A stretch of 32,000 bases of DNA from Geobacter metallireducens GS-15. Lineage in GTDB: Bacteria; Desulfobacterota; Desulfuromonadia; Geobacterales; Geobacteraceae. The translations under genes were made by a program, and so were the position numbers. Shown piece after piece: positions 1 to 7,894 of this stretch (its first letter is position 1; each line of letters begins with the position of its first letter). The stretch spans positions 60,001 through 92,000 of the forward strand of contig NC_007517.1 of assembly GCF_000012925.1 (NCBI RefSeq). The letters run 5' to 3'. A model generated the notes under the pieces. It searched no databases, was not told the origin of the DNA, and worked only from the letters and a program-made list of their open reading frames with translations.

Positions 1-537
<537 letters not shown>

Positions 538-1425
538 TTAGAATTCCAATATTATACCCCGGCTGGCGCATGCGTCGCGGAAGGGGTCGTCGAGGGGTGC
601 CTCAGCAGTGATGGGACGCCTGTCGGCAGCGGTGAAGGACATGGCCCGGCAGTGGAGCATCATCCGCGGCGCCTTCTCGCCGCCGTAGGTGGGGTCGCCG
701 ACGATGGGAAGACCGCAGTGGGCCAGGTGGACCCGGATCTGGTGGGTGCGGCCGGTGAGGGGGCGGGCCTCCACGAGAACGCCGCAGGTCCCCCGGGCGA
801 TGACCGCGAAACGGGTCAGCGCCTCACGGCCTGGGGTGGCCACCCCGTAGCGGGCGCTCCCTACCTTGGCGATGGGGGCGTTGACCTCCCACTGGTCCGA
901 TGCCGGCTCGGCCGTAACAAGGGCCCAGTAGACCTTTTCCACCCTCCCCTCTTTCAGCTGAGCGGAGATGTGGGCCGCGGCCCGCTTTGTCTTGGGAAAG
1001 ATCATCACCCCCGAGGTCCCCCGGTCGAGACGGTGGATCACCCGGGCCGGCTCCTGGCTGCCGAGGGTGCGCAGGTAGAGGGTGACCGCATGCTCCACGG
1101 TCCCCTTGAGCTGGTAGGGGGTCCGCTGGCAGTTGAGCCCGGCCGCCTTGTTCACCGCCAGGTAGTCGTCATTCTCGAAGAGGAGGTCATCACGGGTGTA
1201 GGCCAACTCCTGGTAGCGCTCCGGCTCCATGACGCCGAGGACGATCTCCTCCCCGGCCCGCAGCGTGCGGGAGGCGACCCGCACCATGGCGCCGGCCACG
1301 GCGCATCCCCCCCAGTCGATGATCTTGCGGACACGGGTCTTGGAGAGCTGCGGGAAGAGCCGCACCGCCCCGTCGTCGAGACGCATCCCCGCCTCCCCTT
1401 CTCCTGCCCGGCCGGTGAGGATCAT
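538..1425 (-). CDS. RluA/RluD-family RNA pseudouridine synthase with N-terminal S4-like domain
   Basis: Contains the catalytic motif HRLDRGTSGVMIF and the downstream GRTHQIRVHLA motif. The start ATG overlaps the upstream gene's stop (ATGA at 1422-1425). Confidence 0.85.
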   Translation of the reverse strand: MILTGRAGEGEAGMRLDDGAVRLFPQLSKTRVRKIIDWGGCAVAGAMVRVASRTLRAGEEIVLGVMEPERYQELAYTRDDLLFENDDYLAVNKAAGLNCQRTPYQLKGTVEHAVTLYLRTLGSQEPARVIHRLDRGTSGVMIFPKTKRAAAHISAQLKEGRVEKVYWALVTAEPASDQWEVNAPIAKVGSARYGVATPGREALTRFAVIARGTCGVLVEARPLTGRTHQIRVHLAHCGLPIVGDPTYGGEKAPRMMLHCRAMSFTAADRRPITAEAPLDDPFRDACASRGIILEF

Positions 1426-1943
1426 GGCAATCCAGCCTTGGCCCGGAAAAGGGCAATGATAGTCTTGCCGTCGCGGATGCGGCCGTCCGTCGCCATGGTG
1501 ACAGCCTCCTCAAGGGGGACCCGCACCGTTTCAATCTCCTCGTACTGCTCCGGGTCGGCCTCCCCCTGGGAGAGTCCGGTGGCCAGGTAGAGATGGATCG
1601 CCTCGTCAAAGACTCCCGGTGAGGTGAGGATGACACCGAGGGATTCGAGCCGGGTCGAGGAGAGCCCCGTCTCTTCGGCCAGCTCCCGGAGGCCGCATGC
1701 CGCCGGCTCTTCTCCCGGATCGAGGCGGCCGGCCGGGATCTCAAGCAACGTTGCATCCACCGAGGGACGCAACTGCCGGATGAGGGTCACCGTGCCGTCG
1801 TCGTGGAGCGGCAGGACGCCCACCCCTCCCGGATGGCGTACAACCTGGAACGTGTGCCATCCCTTGTCGCCTATCCGTACGTCCATCTGCTCAATGTCGA
1901 CCACCAGCCCCTTGAAGGGAGTGGTCCGGTTGCGGGTGTCCAT
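1422..1943 (-). CDS. NUDIX hydrolase (ADP-ribose pyrophosphatase-like)
   Basis: Nudix box GRLDPGEEPAACGLRELAEETGL. The ATG at 1943 has an AAGGTGGA Shine-Dalgarno 6 nt upstream. The longer ORF start at 1976 has none. Confidence 0.8.
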   Translation of the reverse strand: MDTRNRTTPFKGLVVDIEQMDVRIGDKGWHTFQVVRHPGGVGVLPLHDDGTVTLIRQLRPSVDATLLEIPAGRLDPGEEPAACGLRELAEETGLSSTRLESLGVILTSPGVFDEAIHLYLATGLSQGEADPEQYEEIETVRVPLEEAVTMATDGRIRDGKTIIALFRAKAGLP

Positions 1944-2093
1944 GGCTTTCCACCTTTCAGCAAATGAGGCGAGCATATCACTAAGCGGGGAGAGAAGGGA
2001 AGAAGGGGCGTTTAATTTCTCAAGAAATGGGACATGTTACCGGAATAATACTGTAATGATGAACTTTATGGCGAACGTTACCTAAGGGTGCCC

Positions 2094-2626
2094 ATGGGAC
2101 GGATGAGCCTCAAAACCAAAATTGCAGCCTTCGTGATGCTCATTATGTCTACCTGCATCCCCTTGGCCGCGCACCTCTCCTCTTCTCCACTCGTGACTCC
2201 ATGACCGGCCTTTACAACCGGCGCTTTTTCGAGGCTGAGATGGACCGGATCGACCGGGGACGCCACTTTCCGGCCAGCGTCATCATGGTCGACGTGGACA
2301 GGCTCAAGTGGCTCGTCGGGGCATGCTGCCGGAGACCGGCTGATCGTCATGGCGGCCCGGGCGATCCAGGAGGCGTTTCGGGCAGAGGACGTGGTGGCGC
2401 GGGTGGGGGGGATGAGTTTGCCGTGATTCTCGAAGGTACCGACGGGGCTGCATCGGCTGAAGCTCTGGTTCGCTTGCGGGGAAGCGTAGCCGCACTCAAT
2501 GGCGGGTCAGCGGAGTGCGGCTTGAGCCTCTCGCTCGGCGCGGCAACGACCGATGCTCCCGGCACCCTGCGTGACGCCTGGCGCCTGGCCGACCGGCGGA
2601 TGTACGAGGACAAAGTCTCTCCATAA
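2094..2626 (+). pseudogene. Degraded GGDEF-domain (diguanylate cyclase) gene with at least three frame disruptions
   Basis: A TM-like N-terminus (MSLKTKIAAFVMLIMSTCIPLAA) runs in one frame and ends at a TGA at 2198-2200. DSMTGLYNRRFF...VDVDRLK follows in a second frame. The canonical GHAAGDRLIVMAARAIQEAFRAEDVVARVGG segment is readable only in a third frame (about 2319-2411). Reading returns to the GGDEF frame at a G7 run (2405-2411). Confidence 0.7.
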
Positions 2627-2681
2627 AGCCGGGATGGAGGCGAGGTGAGGCGGTTTCGGGGCAGGGGGAGGCGGGGGGGGG

Positions 2682-3137
2682 TTACAGGGCGCAGCGCAGC
2701 AGTTTCACCCCGTCCCTGAAGAGGATCTCCACCTTGTTGGGCTTGGTGACGGTCACAACGATGCCGATGCCGAAGACGGGATGGGAGACGACCTCGCCGG
2801 TGCGGAAGGGTCGGTCCATGGCATAGGGGGTGGCCGTGTCCGGATCGACCCTCTCCATGCTCAGCTCCCACTCCGACGGCCCCTTCGGAACCGGCTCCCT
2901 GCGGGGGCGACCCGCCGATGGGGTGCGGGGGGAGGCAGTGCGCTGGGAAGAGGAACGCTCGACCGGCTTCTTTTCTTCCTGGGGCTGGTGGTAGTTGTGC
3001 TGGCCGCCACAGGTGTTGCACTGAACCCGGACAATCCGCTCCCCCACCATCGCCACGATGGTGTGGTTCAGCACCGCCCGGCACCGGGTGCATTTCGCCT
3101 CGACAATATCTCCTGCTGAGCGCTTCCTGACGATCAT
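2682..3137 (-). CDS. Zinc-ribbon protein with a C-terminal SH3/Tudor-like HxxFGxGxV domain
   Basis: N-terminal CTRC...CNTC pair, a low-complexity P/R/S linker, and a C-terminal EVVSHPVFGIGIVVTVTKPNKVEILFRDGVKLL. The ATG at 3137 is preceded by GAGGTGG. The ORF-track start at 3152 is a TTG. Confidence 0.65.
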   Translation of the reverse strand: MIVRKRSAGDIVEAKCTRCRAVLNHTIVAMVGERIVRVQCNTCGGQHNYHQPQEEKKPVERSSSQRTASPRTPSAGRPRREPVPKGPSEWELSMERVDPDTATPYAMDRPFRTGEVVSHPVFGIGIVVTVTKPNKVEILFRDGVKLLRCAL

Positions 3138-3327
3138 TCTTCCACCTCGCAATATTTCCCCCGAAAGGGACGGCGTTTATAGCACTTTGCCCCTGACGTG
3201 TCAAGGGAGTTCCCCCCCACCGTCGCGCACGTCGGTATGGACCTGGCTACCGCAACAATGCTATGCTTTCACATTGCGGTAGTGAAGCTCAGTATTTTCA
3301 GGATGCATACGAGGTGTAGCGCACGTC

Positions 3328-4389
3328 ATGAACGTCGAACAGATGAAAACCGTCCTGCGGGAAATCCTGACCAGGACCGACCTTACCCCCTGCGTGGTGG
3401 GGCACCGGGGGGTCGGGAAGACCGCCGGGATCGTTCAGCTCTGCCGGGAGCTGGGGAGCAGCTACGTGCCGCTGCGCCTCGGTCAGATGGAGGTGGGGGA
3501 CCTGGTCGGCATACCCTACCGGGAGGGGGAGGTGATGAACTGGTCCCGCCCCTGCTGGTGGCCCGCCGATGACGAACCGGCCACGGTCATCCACTGCGAC
3601 GAGCTGAATCGGGCCCAGCAGGAGGACACCCTCCAGGCCATCTTCCAGTTCGTGGAGCCCCCGGCCGAGGGGATGCGCCGGGCCCTCCACACCCACTCCC
3701 TCCACCCGAAACACAAGGTGGTGGTGACCATCAACCCCTCCGACGGCACCTACCAGGTGGCGACCCTGGACCGGGCCCTCATCGACCGGATGGTGATGCT
3801 CTACGTGGAAACCGACTACCACTGCTGGGCCGGCTACGCCGCGGCCCGGGATCTGGACACCGGCGTGCGCCACTTCCTGGCCGCCAATTCCATGTTCCTC
3901 GCCAGCCAGGGGAGCCCCCTGGAGATGGATGCCGAGCCCACGGAGCGGGGATGGGAGATGGTGAGCATCCTCAGGAAGAGCTGCCGCTTCCCCAGGGACC
4001 TGGAGATGGAGATCTACGCCGGCATCGTCGGCAAGGAGGCGGCCATTGCGTTTCTGCGCTGGTGCGCCGAGAACACCCGCCGCCCCGTCACCGCCGTCGA
4101 GGTCCTCAACGGCGGTGACGGGGTGCGGGAGCGCCTGGAGGCCCAGCGGGACGATCTGCAGGCTTCCACCATGGGGGACATCGTGGCGACCCTCACCGCT
4201 GATCCGCGGCTCGGAGCGGAGCAGGAGGAGAACCTGGTCCGCTACATCGACATCCTCCCCCGGGACATGCGGTTCGGCCTCGTGAAGTCGCTCCTGAAGA
4301 TCCCCCCCGTGGCCCAGGCCATCTCCCAGGACAAGTACGACGCCGTCGTCTTCGACGCCATCCGGACCATCAGCGCGGAAGCCCCATGA
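3328..4389 (+). CDS. AAA_5 / MoxR-like ATPase with an uncharacterised C-terminal half
   Basis: Walker A GHRGVGKT, Walker B VIHCDELNRA, sensor-like VVVTINPSD, and an Arg-finger region LDRALIDRM. The stop overlaps the start of the next gene. Confidence 0.75.
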   Translation: MNVEQMKTVLREILTRTDLTPCVVGHRGVGKTAGIVQLCRELGSSYVPLRLGQMEVGDLVGIPYREGEVMNWSRPCWWPADDEPATVIHCDELNRAQQEDTLQAIFQFVEPPAEGMRRALHTHSLHPKHKVVVTINPSDGTYQVATLDRALIDRMVMLYVETDYHCWAGYAAARDLDTGVRHFLAANSMFLASQGSPLEMDAEPTERGWEMVSILRKSCRFPRDLEMEIYAGIVGKEAAIAFLRWCAENTRRPVTAVEVLNGGDGVRERLEAQRDDLQASTMGDIVATLTADPRLGAEQEENLVRYIDILPRDMRFGLVKSLLKIPPVAQAISQDKYDAVVFDAIRTISAEAP

Positions 4390-5684
4390 CTACCATCACT
4401 CCATCCCTGACAACCCTTCCCAACGGCCTCCGCGTGGTCGCCGTGGAGATGCCCCACCTCAACTCGGCAGAGATCGCCGTCTACCTCCGGGTGGGGGGCC
4501 GCCACGACAGCCGCGAGAAGGCGGGGCTTGCCCACTTCCTGGAGCACATGCTCTTCCGGGGTACCGCCGAGCACCCGTCGAGCTTGGAGCTGGAGGCGGA
4601 CTTCGAGGCCATCGGCGGTTGCATCAATGCCGCCACCGATGCCGAGACCACCTGCTACTACACCCGGGTCCACCCTGATCACGTGGCCGAGGGGGTGAGG
4701 CTTTTGTCGGTCATGCTCCTCTCACCACTCCTCACGGGGCTCGAGATCGAGAAGAAGATCATCACCGAGGAGGCCCTGGAGGATATCAACGAACAGGGGG
4801 AAGAGGTCAATCCCGACAACCTGGCGAGCCGGCTCTTGTGGCCCGGCCACGGGATCGGCATGCCCACCATCGGCTATCTTGACACCATTGCCGGCTTCAC
4901 CGAGGAGGATCTCCGGGGGCACATGGCCCGCCACTATGTGCCGGAAAACGCCGTCGTGGTGGCGGCGGGGAGGGTTTCTGTCGAGGAGGTTTTTGCCGCT
5001 GCCGGCCGGGCCTTCGCATCCTGGAGCGGTCCCCCGGCACCCGTCCAGGAATCGGTCTCCGATGTCCAGGACGCTCCGGTTTCCCTGTTCGTCAAGGACT
5101 CCGACAGCCAGGTGAACCTCCAGCTTGCCTTCCGGAGCTTTCCCCGGGAGGACCAGCGGCTGGCTGCTGCCCGGCTTATCCGGCGCATCCTCACCGGCGG
5201 CGGGTGCTCCCGGCTCCACCTGAACCTGCGGGAACGGCTCGGCATCGTCTATTCGGTGGACGCCCAGCTTGCCGCCTACGACGACACCGGCTGCTTCGCT
5301 GTGGAACTCTCCACGGCCCCGGAGAACCTGGCCGTGGCAGTGACGGAAGTGCTGCGCGAGACCCTGCGCCTGGCAACGGAGCCGGTGGGGGATGAGGAAC
5401 TGGATCGGGTTCGGCAGGGATATTTCTTCGACCTGGATTACAGCAGGGATTCCACCTTTGACATGCAGGTTCGCTACGGATGGGGTGAGCTCATGGGGAT
5501 GGTGCGGAGCATCGAGGAGGATCAGGCCGAGGCCGGCGCCGTGGATGCCGCGGCGGTCATGGCCACGGCCCGGGAGCTCTTCGCGCCGGCACGGCTCAAC
5601 CTGGTGGCCGTGGGTCCGGTGAAGGCGGCGGTCAAGCGGGAGATTGCCGGCATTGTCAGGCGGTACGAGGCTGAGTTTCGGTAA
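4386..5684 (+). CDS. M16 (pitrilysin/insulinase) family zinc peptidase, active-type subunit
   Basis: Inverted zinc motif HFLEH inside AHFLEHMLFRGT, and a downstream NAATDAETTCYY block. N-terminus LPNGLRVV is typical of M16B. ATGA overlap with the ATPase gene at 4386-4389. Confidence 0.85.
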   Translation: MTTITPSLTTLPNGLRVVAVEMPHLNSAEIAVYLRVGGRHDSREKAGLAHFLEHMLFRGTAEHPSSLELEADFEAIGGCINAATDAETTCYYTRVHPDHVAEGVRLLSVMLLSPLLTGLEIEKKIITEEALEDINEQGEEVNPDNLASRLLWPGHGIGMPTIGYLDTIAGFTEEDLRGHMARHYVPENAVVVAAGRVSVEEVFAAAGRAFASWSGPPAPVQESVSDVQDAPVSLFVKDSDSQVNLQLAFRSFPREDQRLAAARLIRRILTGGGCSRLHLNLRERLGIVYSVDAQLAAYDDTGCFAVELSTAPENLAVAVTEVLRETLRLATEPVGDEELDRVRQGYFFDLDYSRDSTFDMQVRYGWGELMGMVRSIEEDQAEAGAVDAAAVMATARELFAPARLNLVAVGPVKAAVKREIAGIVRRYEAEFR

Positions 5685-5715
5685 AAATGCATTAACCTGC
5701 AAAAGACAAGTATTC

Positions 5716-5800
5716 AATAACACGGAGAAACTGAGAGCACGGAGGACTAATAGAGCCCGATTTGTTGACTCCTCCGTGTTCTCCGTCTCTCCGTGTTATT
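5716..5800. repeat. Long imperfect inverted repeat built from CACGGAGA-type octamers; probable bidirectional terminator between convergent genes
   Basis: The arm at 5716-5746 (AATAACACGGAGAAACTGAGAGCACGGAGGA) pairs with the arm at 5770-5800 (TCCTCCGTGTTCTCCGTCTCTCCGTGTTATT) at 28 of 31 positions. The loop is 23 nt. Confidence 0.7.
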
Positions 5801-5818
5801 CTTGAGGTTTTCGAGGGT

Positions 5819-7273
5819 TTATTTCGCCTCAATCACCCGCGCTTTGATCTTACCCACCACCCCGGCGATGGCCGCCAGGTCGTCGGGGCCCTCGCCTTCC
5901 ACCAGCTTCACGTGGGTGGCATCGACGGGAACCTGACCGAAGGTGGGATCCACCTGCAGCCATCCCCCTTTAACGTAGCTTTCCGCCCAGCTGTGGTAGA
6001 GAAATCCCCTTCCTTCCAGATAGACGAGCCCCGAGACGAACCGGGTCGGGATTCCCGCGGCACGGGCCAGGGTGGCATAGAGCCGGGCGTGGGACTGGCA
6101 GTTCCCCTTCCGTGATTTGAGGGTGTCAAGGGGTGAGGGGGCATCGGTGACGGCGTCCTCCACGGTGGTTGCCACCCACTTGACGAGCCTTTCCACCTGC
6201 TTCAGAGGAGCTGTCTCTTCCCCCACCACTTCCCTGGCCCGGGCGATGATGTCGGGATGATCCGCCGGGAGCCGGTCAGCGGGCTCCGAGAAACGCTTCC
6301 GCTCCGGCTCGTCAAGGGGCGAGGCGCCTGCCTTTGCCGGCTCCACCGTGAACACCACCGTTCCGGCACCGGTCCGGCGGGCGGTTTGTCCCCCCCCCTG
6401 GATGAGGGGCATGGTGGCAGGCACGCCGTCAATTTCCAGCACAAGCCGGCTCAGGCTGGTTGCGTTGGCAAGAGGGGGATCGACCCGCACCAGGCTGAAG
6501 TCGAAGATAAGGTCCCGACGGGAGAGGGCCGCGGAGGCGATGAACTGCCGGGTGCGTCCCTCATCCTCGGCCACCGTTTCCACGAGGCCGTCCCGCACCG
6601 ACTCCCGTATCGTATTCCCCGCGGCGTCCACCCAGATGTCGTTGTCAACGAGGGGGAAAAGGTCGTTGCGGATGTGGAGGGCGCGGGCCCCGTCCGGGAG
6701 GGGCTCGAATCCCACGACCGTCACGGTCACCTTCTTCACTTTCACCGCCTCCACATCGAGCATCTGGACCTGGAGGCGCTTCCCCTTGGCGGTCCCCTTC
6801 ATGAGGGGGAGGATGTTCAGGACCGGCGGCGGGAAAACGGGACCTTTAGCCGTCAGGAGTTTCTCTTTCCTTTCTCCACCCGCATTCACAACCACCCTGA
6901 CTCCTTTGGGTGTCGCCTCCCCGGTAACTCCCATGGGGGTCCCGTCAATGACCTGCTCCACCGCGAATGACCTGAGAGAGAGGTCGGTCCCCACGATATA
7001 GCGTTCCCGGGAAGATGCCTCGCGGGAGAACCCCATGACGACCATCTTCACGCTCCCCTCGACCGTGATCTCGTACCCGCCGTCTTTTGCAGTGATATTC
7101 TGGTGAGCGAAGCCGGTCCGCTCGTTTCCGAGAAAGATGCCGAACCACCGTTCCCCCACGGGCGGCTTTTGCAGCAGGGTAGAGGCTTTGGTTTCGGCGT
7201 TGACGGAAAGCGCCGTGACGAGAACGAAAATGAGGATGCCGAGGCTCTGGGAATAAAGGTGTATGAGGCGCAT
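5819..7273 (-). CDS. Secreted transglutaminase-like (Cys-His-Asp) protein with a large N-terminal domain
   Basis: Signal peptide MRLIHLYSQSLGILIFVLVTALSVNA. The transglutaminase core is GNCQSHARLY (Cys), YHSWAE (His) and VDPTFG (Asp). Confidence 0.8.
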   Translation of the reverse strand: MRLIHLYSQSLGILIFVLVTALSVNAETKASTLLQKPPVGERWFGIFLGNERTGFAHQNITAKDGGYEITVEGSVKMVVMGFSREASSRERYIVGTDLSLRSFAVEQVIDGTPMGVTGEATPKGVRVVVNAGGERKEKLLTAKGPVFPPPVLNILPLMKGTAKGKRLQVQMLDVEAVKVKKVTVTVVGFEPLPDGARALHIRNDLFPLVDNDIWVDAAGNTIRESVRDGLVETVAEDEGRTRQFIASAALSRRDLIFDFSLVRVDPPLANATSLSRLVLEIDGVPATMPLIQGGGQTARRTGAGTVVFTVEPAKAGASPLDEPERKRFSEPADRLPADHPDIIARAREVVGEETAPLKQVERLVKWVATTVEDAVTDAPSPLDTLKSRKGNCQSHARLYATLARAAGIPTRFVSGLVYLEGRGFLYHSWAESYVKGGWLQVDPTFGQVPVDATHVKLVEGEGPDDLAAIAGVVGKIKARVIEAK

Positions 7274-7282
7274 GGCGTGAGG

Positions 7283-7489
7283 TTACTCCGTGAAGAGCGG
7301 TTCCTTGGTCGTTTCGGGACGCTCCTCCTTGCGGTCGAGAGTACAGCTGTCCCGGGTGGCAGAGGCCGTCGCCCCTTCATCCTGGCGCTTGAGCAGGAGG
7401 GAGGCCAAGTCGAGAATCTCCTGCTTTCCGGCAGGATTCAGACGGCGAAATTCAGATATGAGACGGTGTTCGTCAAGGGTCAGGTCCAT
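7283..7489 (-). CDS. Small (68 aa) hypothetical helical protein, probably co-transcribed with the transglutaminase-like gene
   Basis: The ATG at 7489 is preceded by AAGGAG at 6 nt spacing. The longer ORF-track start (7567) would overlap the predicted promoter. The stop lies 9 nt before the next start. Confidence 0.5.
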   Translation of the reverse strand: MDLTLDEHRLISEFRRLNPAGKQEILDLASLLLKRQDEGATASATRDSCTLDRKEERPETTKEPLFTE

Positions 7490-7538
7490 GGAGGGCTCCT
7501 TTGGTGGAATTGTTGGAAAATCGGCTGAATCTGAGGAG

Positions 7539-7567
7539 GTTATACCATAAACCGCAGAGGGGAGCAA
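7539..7567 (-). promoter_or_regulatory. Sigma70-type promoter for the small-protein/transglutaminase operon
   Basis: On the minus strand: TTGCTC (7567-7562), a 17-nt spacer, then TATAAC (7544-7539). Confidence 0.45.
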
Positions 7568-7643
7568 TTGGAGGCAAGGGGAGGCTTTGGCGGGAGAAAA
7601 GATGAAAAAACTTTGTATATTAATTAGTTAGAAATATTTTTTG

Positions 7644-7672
7644 TTGCAGGGGTGGCAGCAGCACGGTATACT
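7644..7672 (+). promoter_or_regulatory. Strong sigma70-type promoter with no ORF immediately downstream
   Basis: TTGCAG (7644-7649), an exactly 17-nt spacer, then TATACT (7667-7672), preceded by an AT-rich tract. Confidence 0.5.
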
Positions 7673-7678
7673 ATAAGT

Positions 7679-7754
7679 GAAAGAATTGCGAGGGTCGCAA
7701 GGCCCTCATTATGCCCTAGTTGACTTTCCCTCCTAGTCGCTAGGGTGTTTTTTT
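7679..7754 (+). ncRNA. Candidate ~75-nt small RNA or terminated leader
   Basis: Begins about 7 nt after the -10 element. Hairpin GAGGGTC-GCAA-GGCCCTC (7690-7707) has a GNRA loop. A second hairpin pairs CCCTAG (7714-7719) with CTAGGG (7740-7745) and is followed by a T7 run (7748-7754). No credible ORF lies inside. Confidence 0.35.
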
Positions 7755-7763
7755 GCCTGCTGG

Positions 7764-7781
7764 TGTGCCACGTGTGACACA
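7764..7781. promoter_or_regulatory. Site A of a repeated 18-bp palindromic motif (putative activator binding site)
   Basis: TGTGCCAcgtGTGACACA. The two halves are reverse-complementary at 7 of 9 positions. Confidence 0.5.
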
Positions 7782-7793
7782 GTGCTCTCCGGG

Positions 7794-7811
7794 TGTGCCA
7801 TTGGTTGCACA
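7794..7811. promoter_or_regulatory. Site B of the 18-bp motif, 30 bp from site A and overlapping a possible -35 of the regulator gene
   Basis: TGTGCCAttgGTTGCACA. It contains TTGCAC (7805-7810), which lies 16 nt upstream of TATATG (7827-7832). Confidence 0.45.
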
Positions 7812-7894
7812 GGGAGGCGGGCCTGGTATATGATCCAGCGGTGGATCAGGCAATCAACAGAGTGTCAGGCCTAACATTATCAGCTGGGAGAACC

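Noticed and set aside
7793-7894. ORF-track GTG start at 7793 for the sigma54 activator.
   Set aside because: The GTG lies inside motif site B and a probable promoter, and the extra 34 residues have no ferredoxin-like features. The ATG at 7895 has a Shine-Dalgarno sequence and starts just before the first Cys motif.
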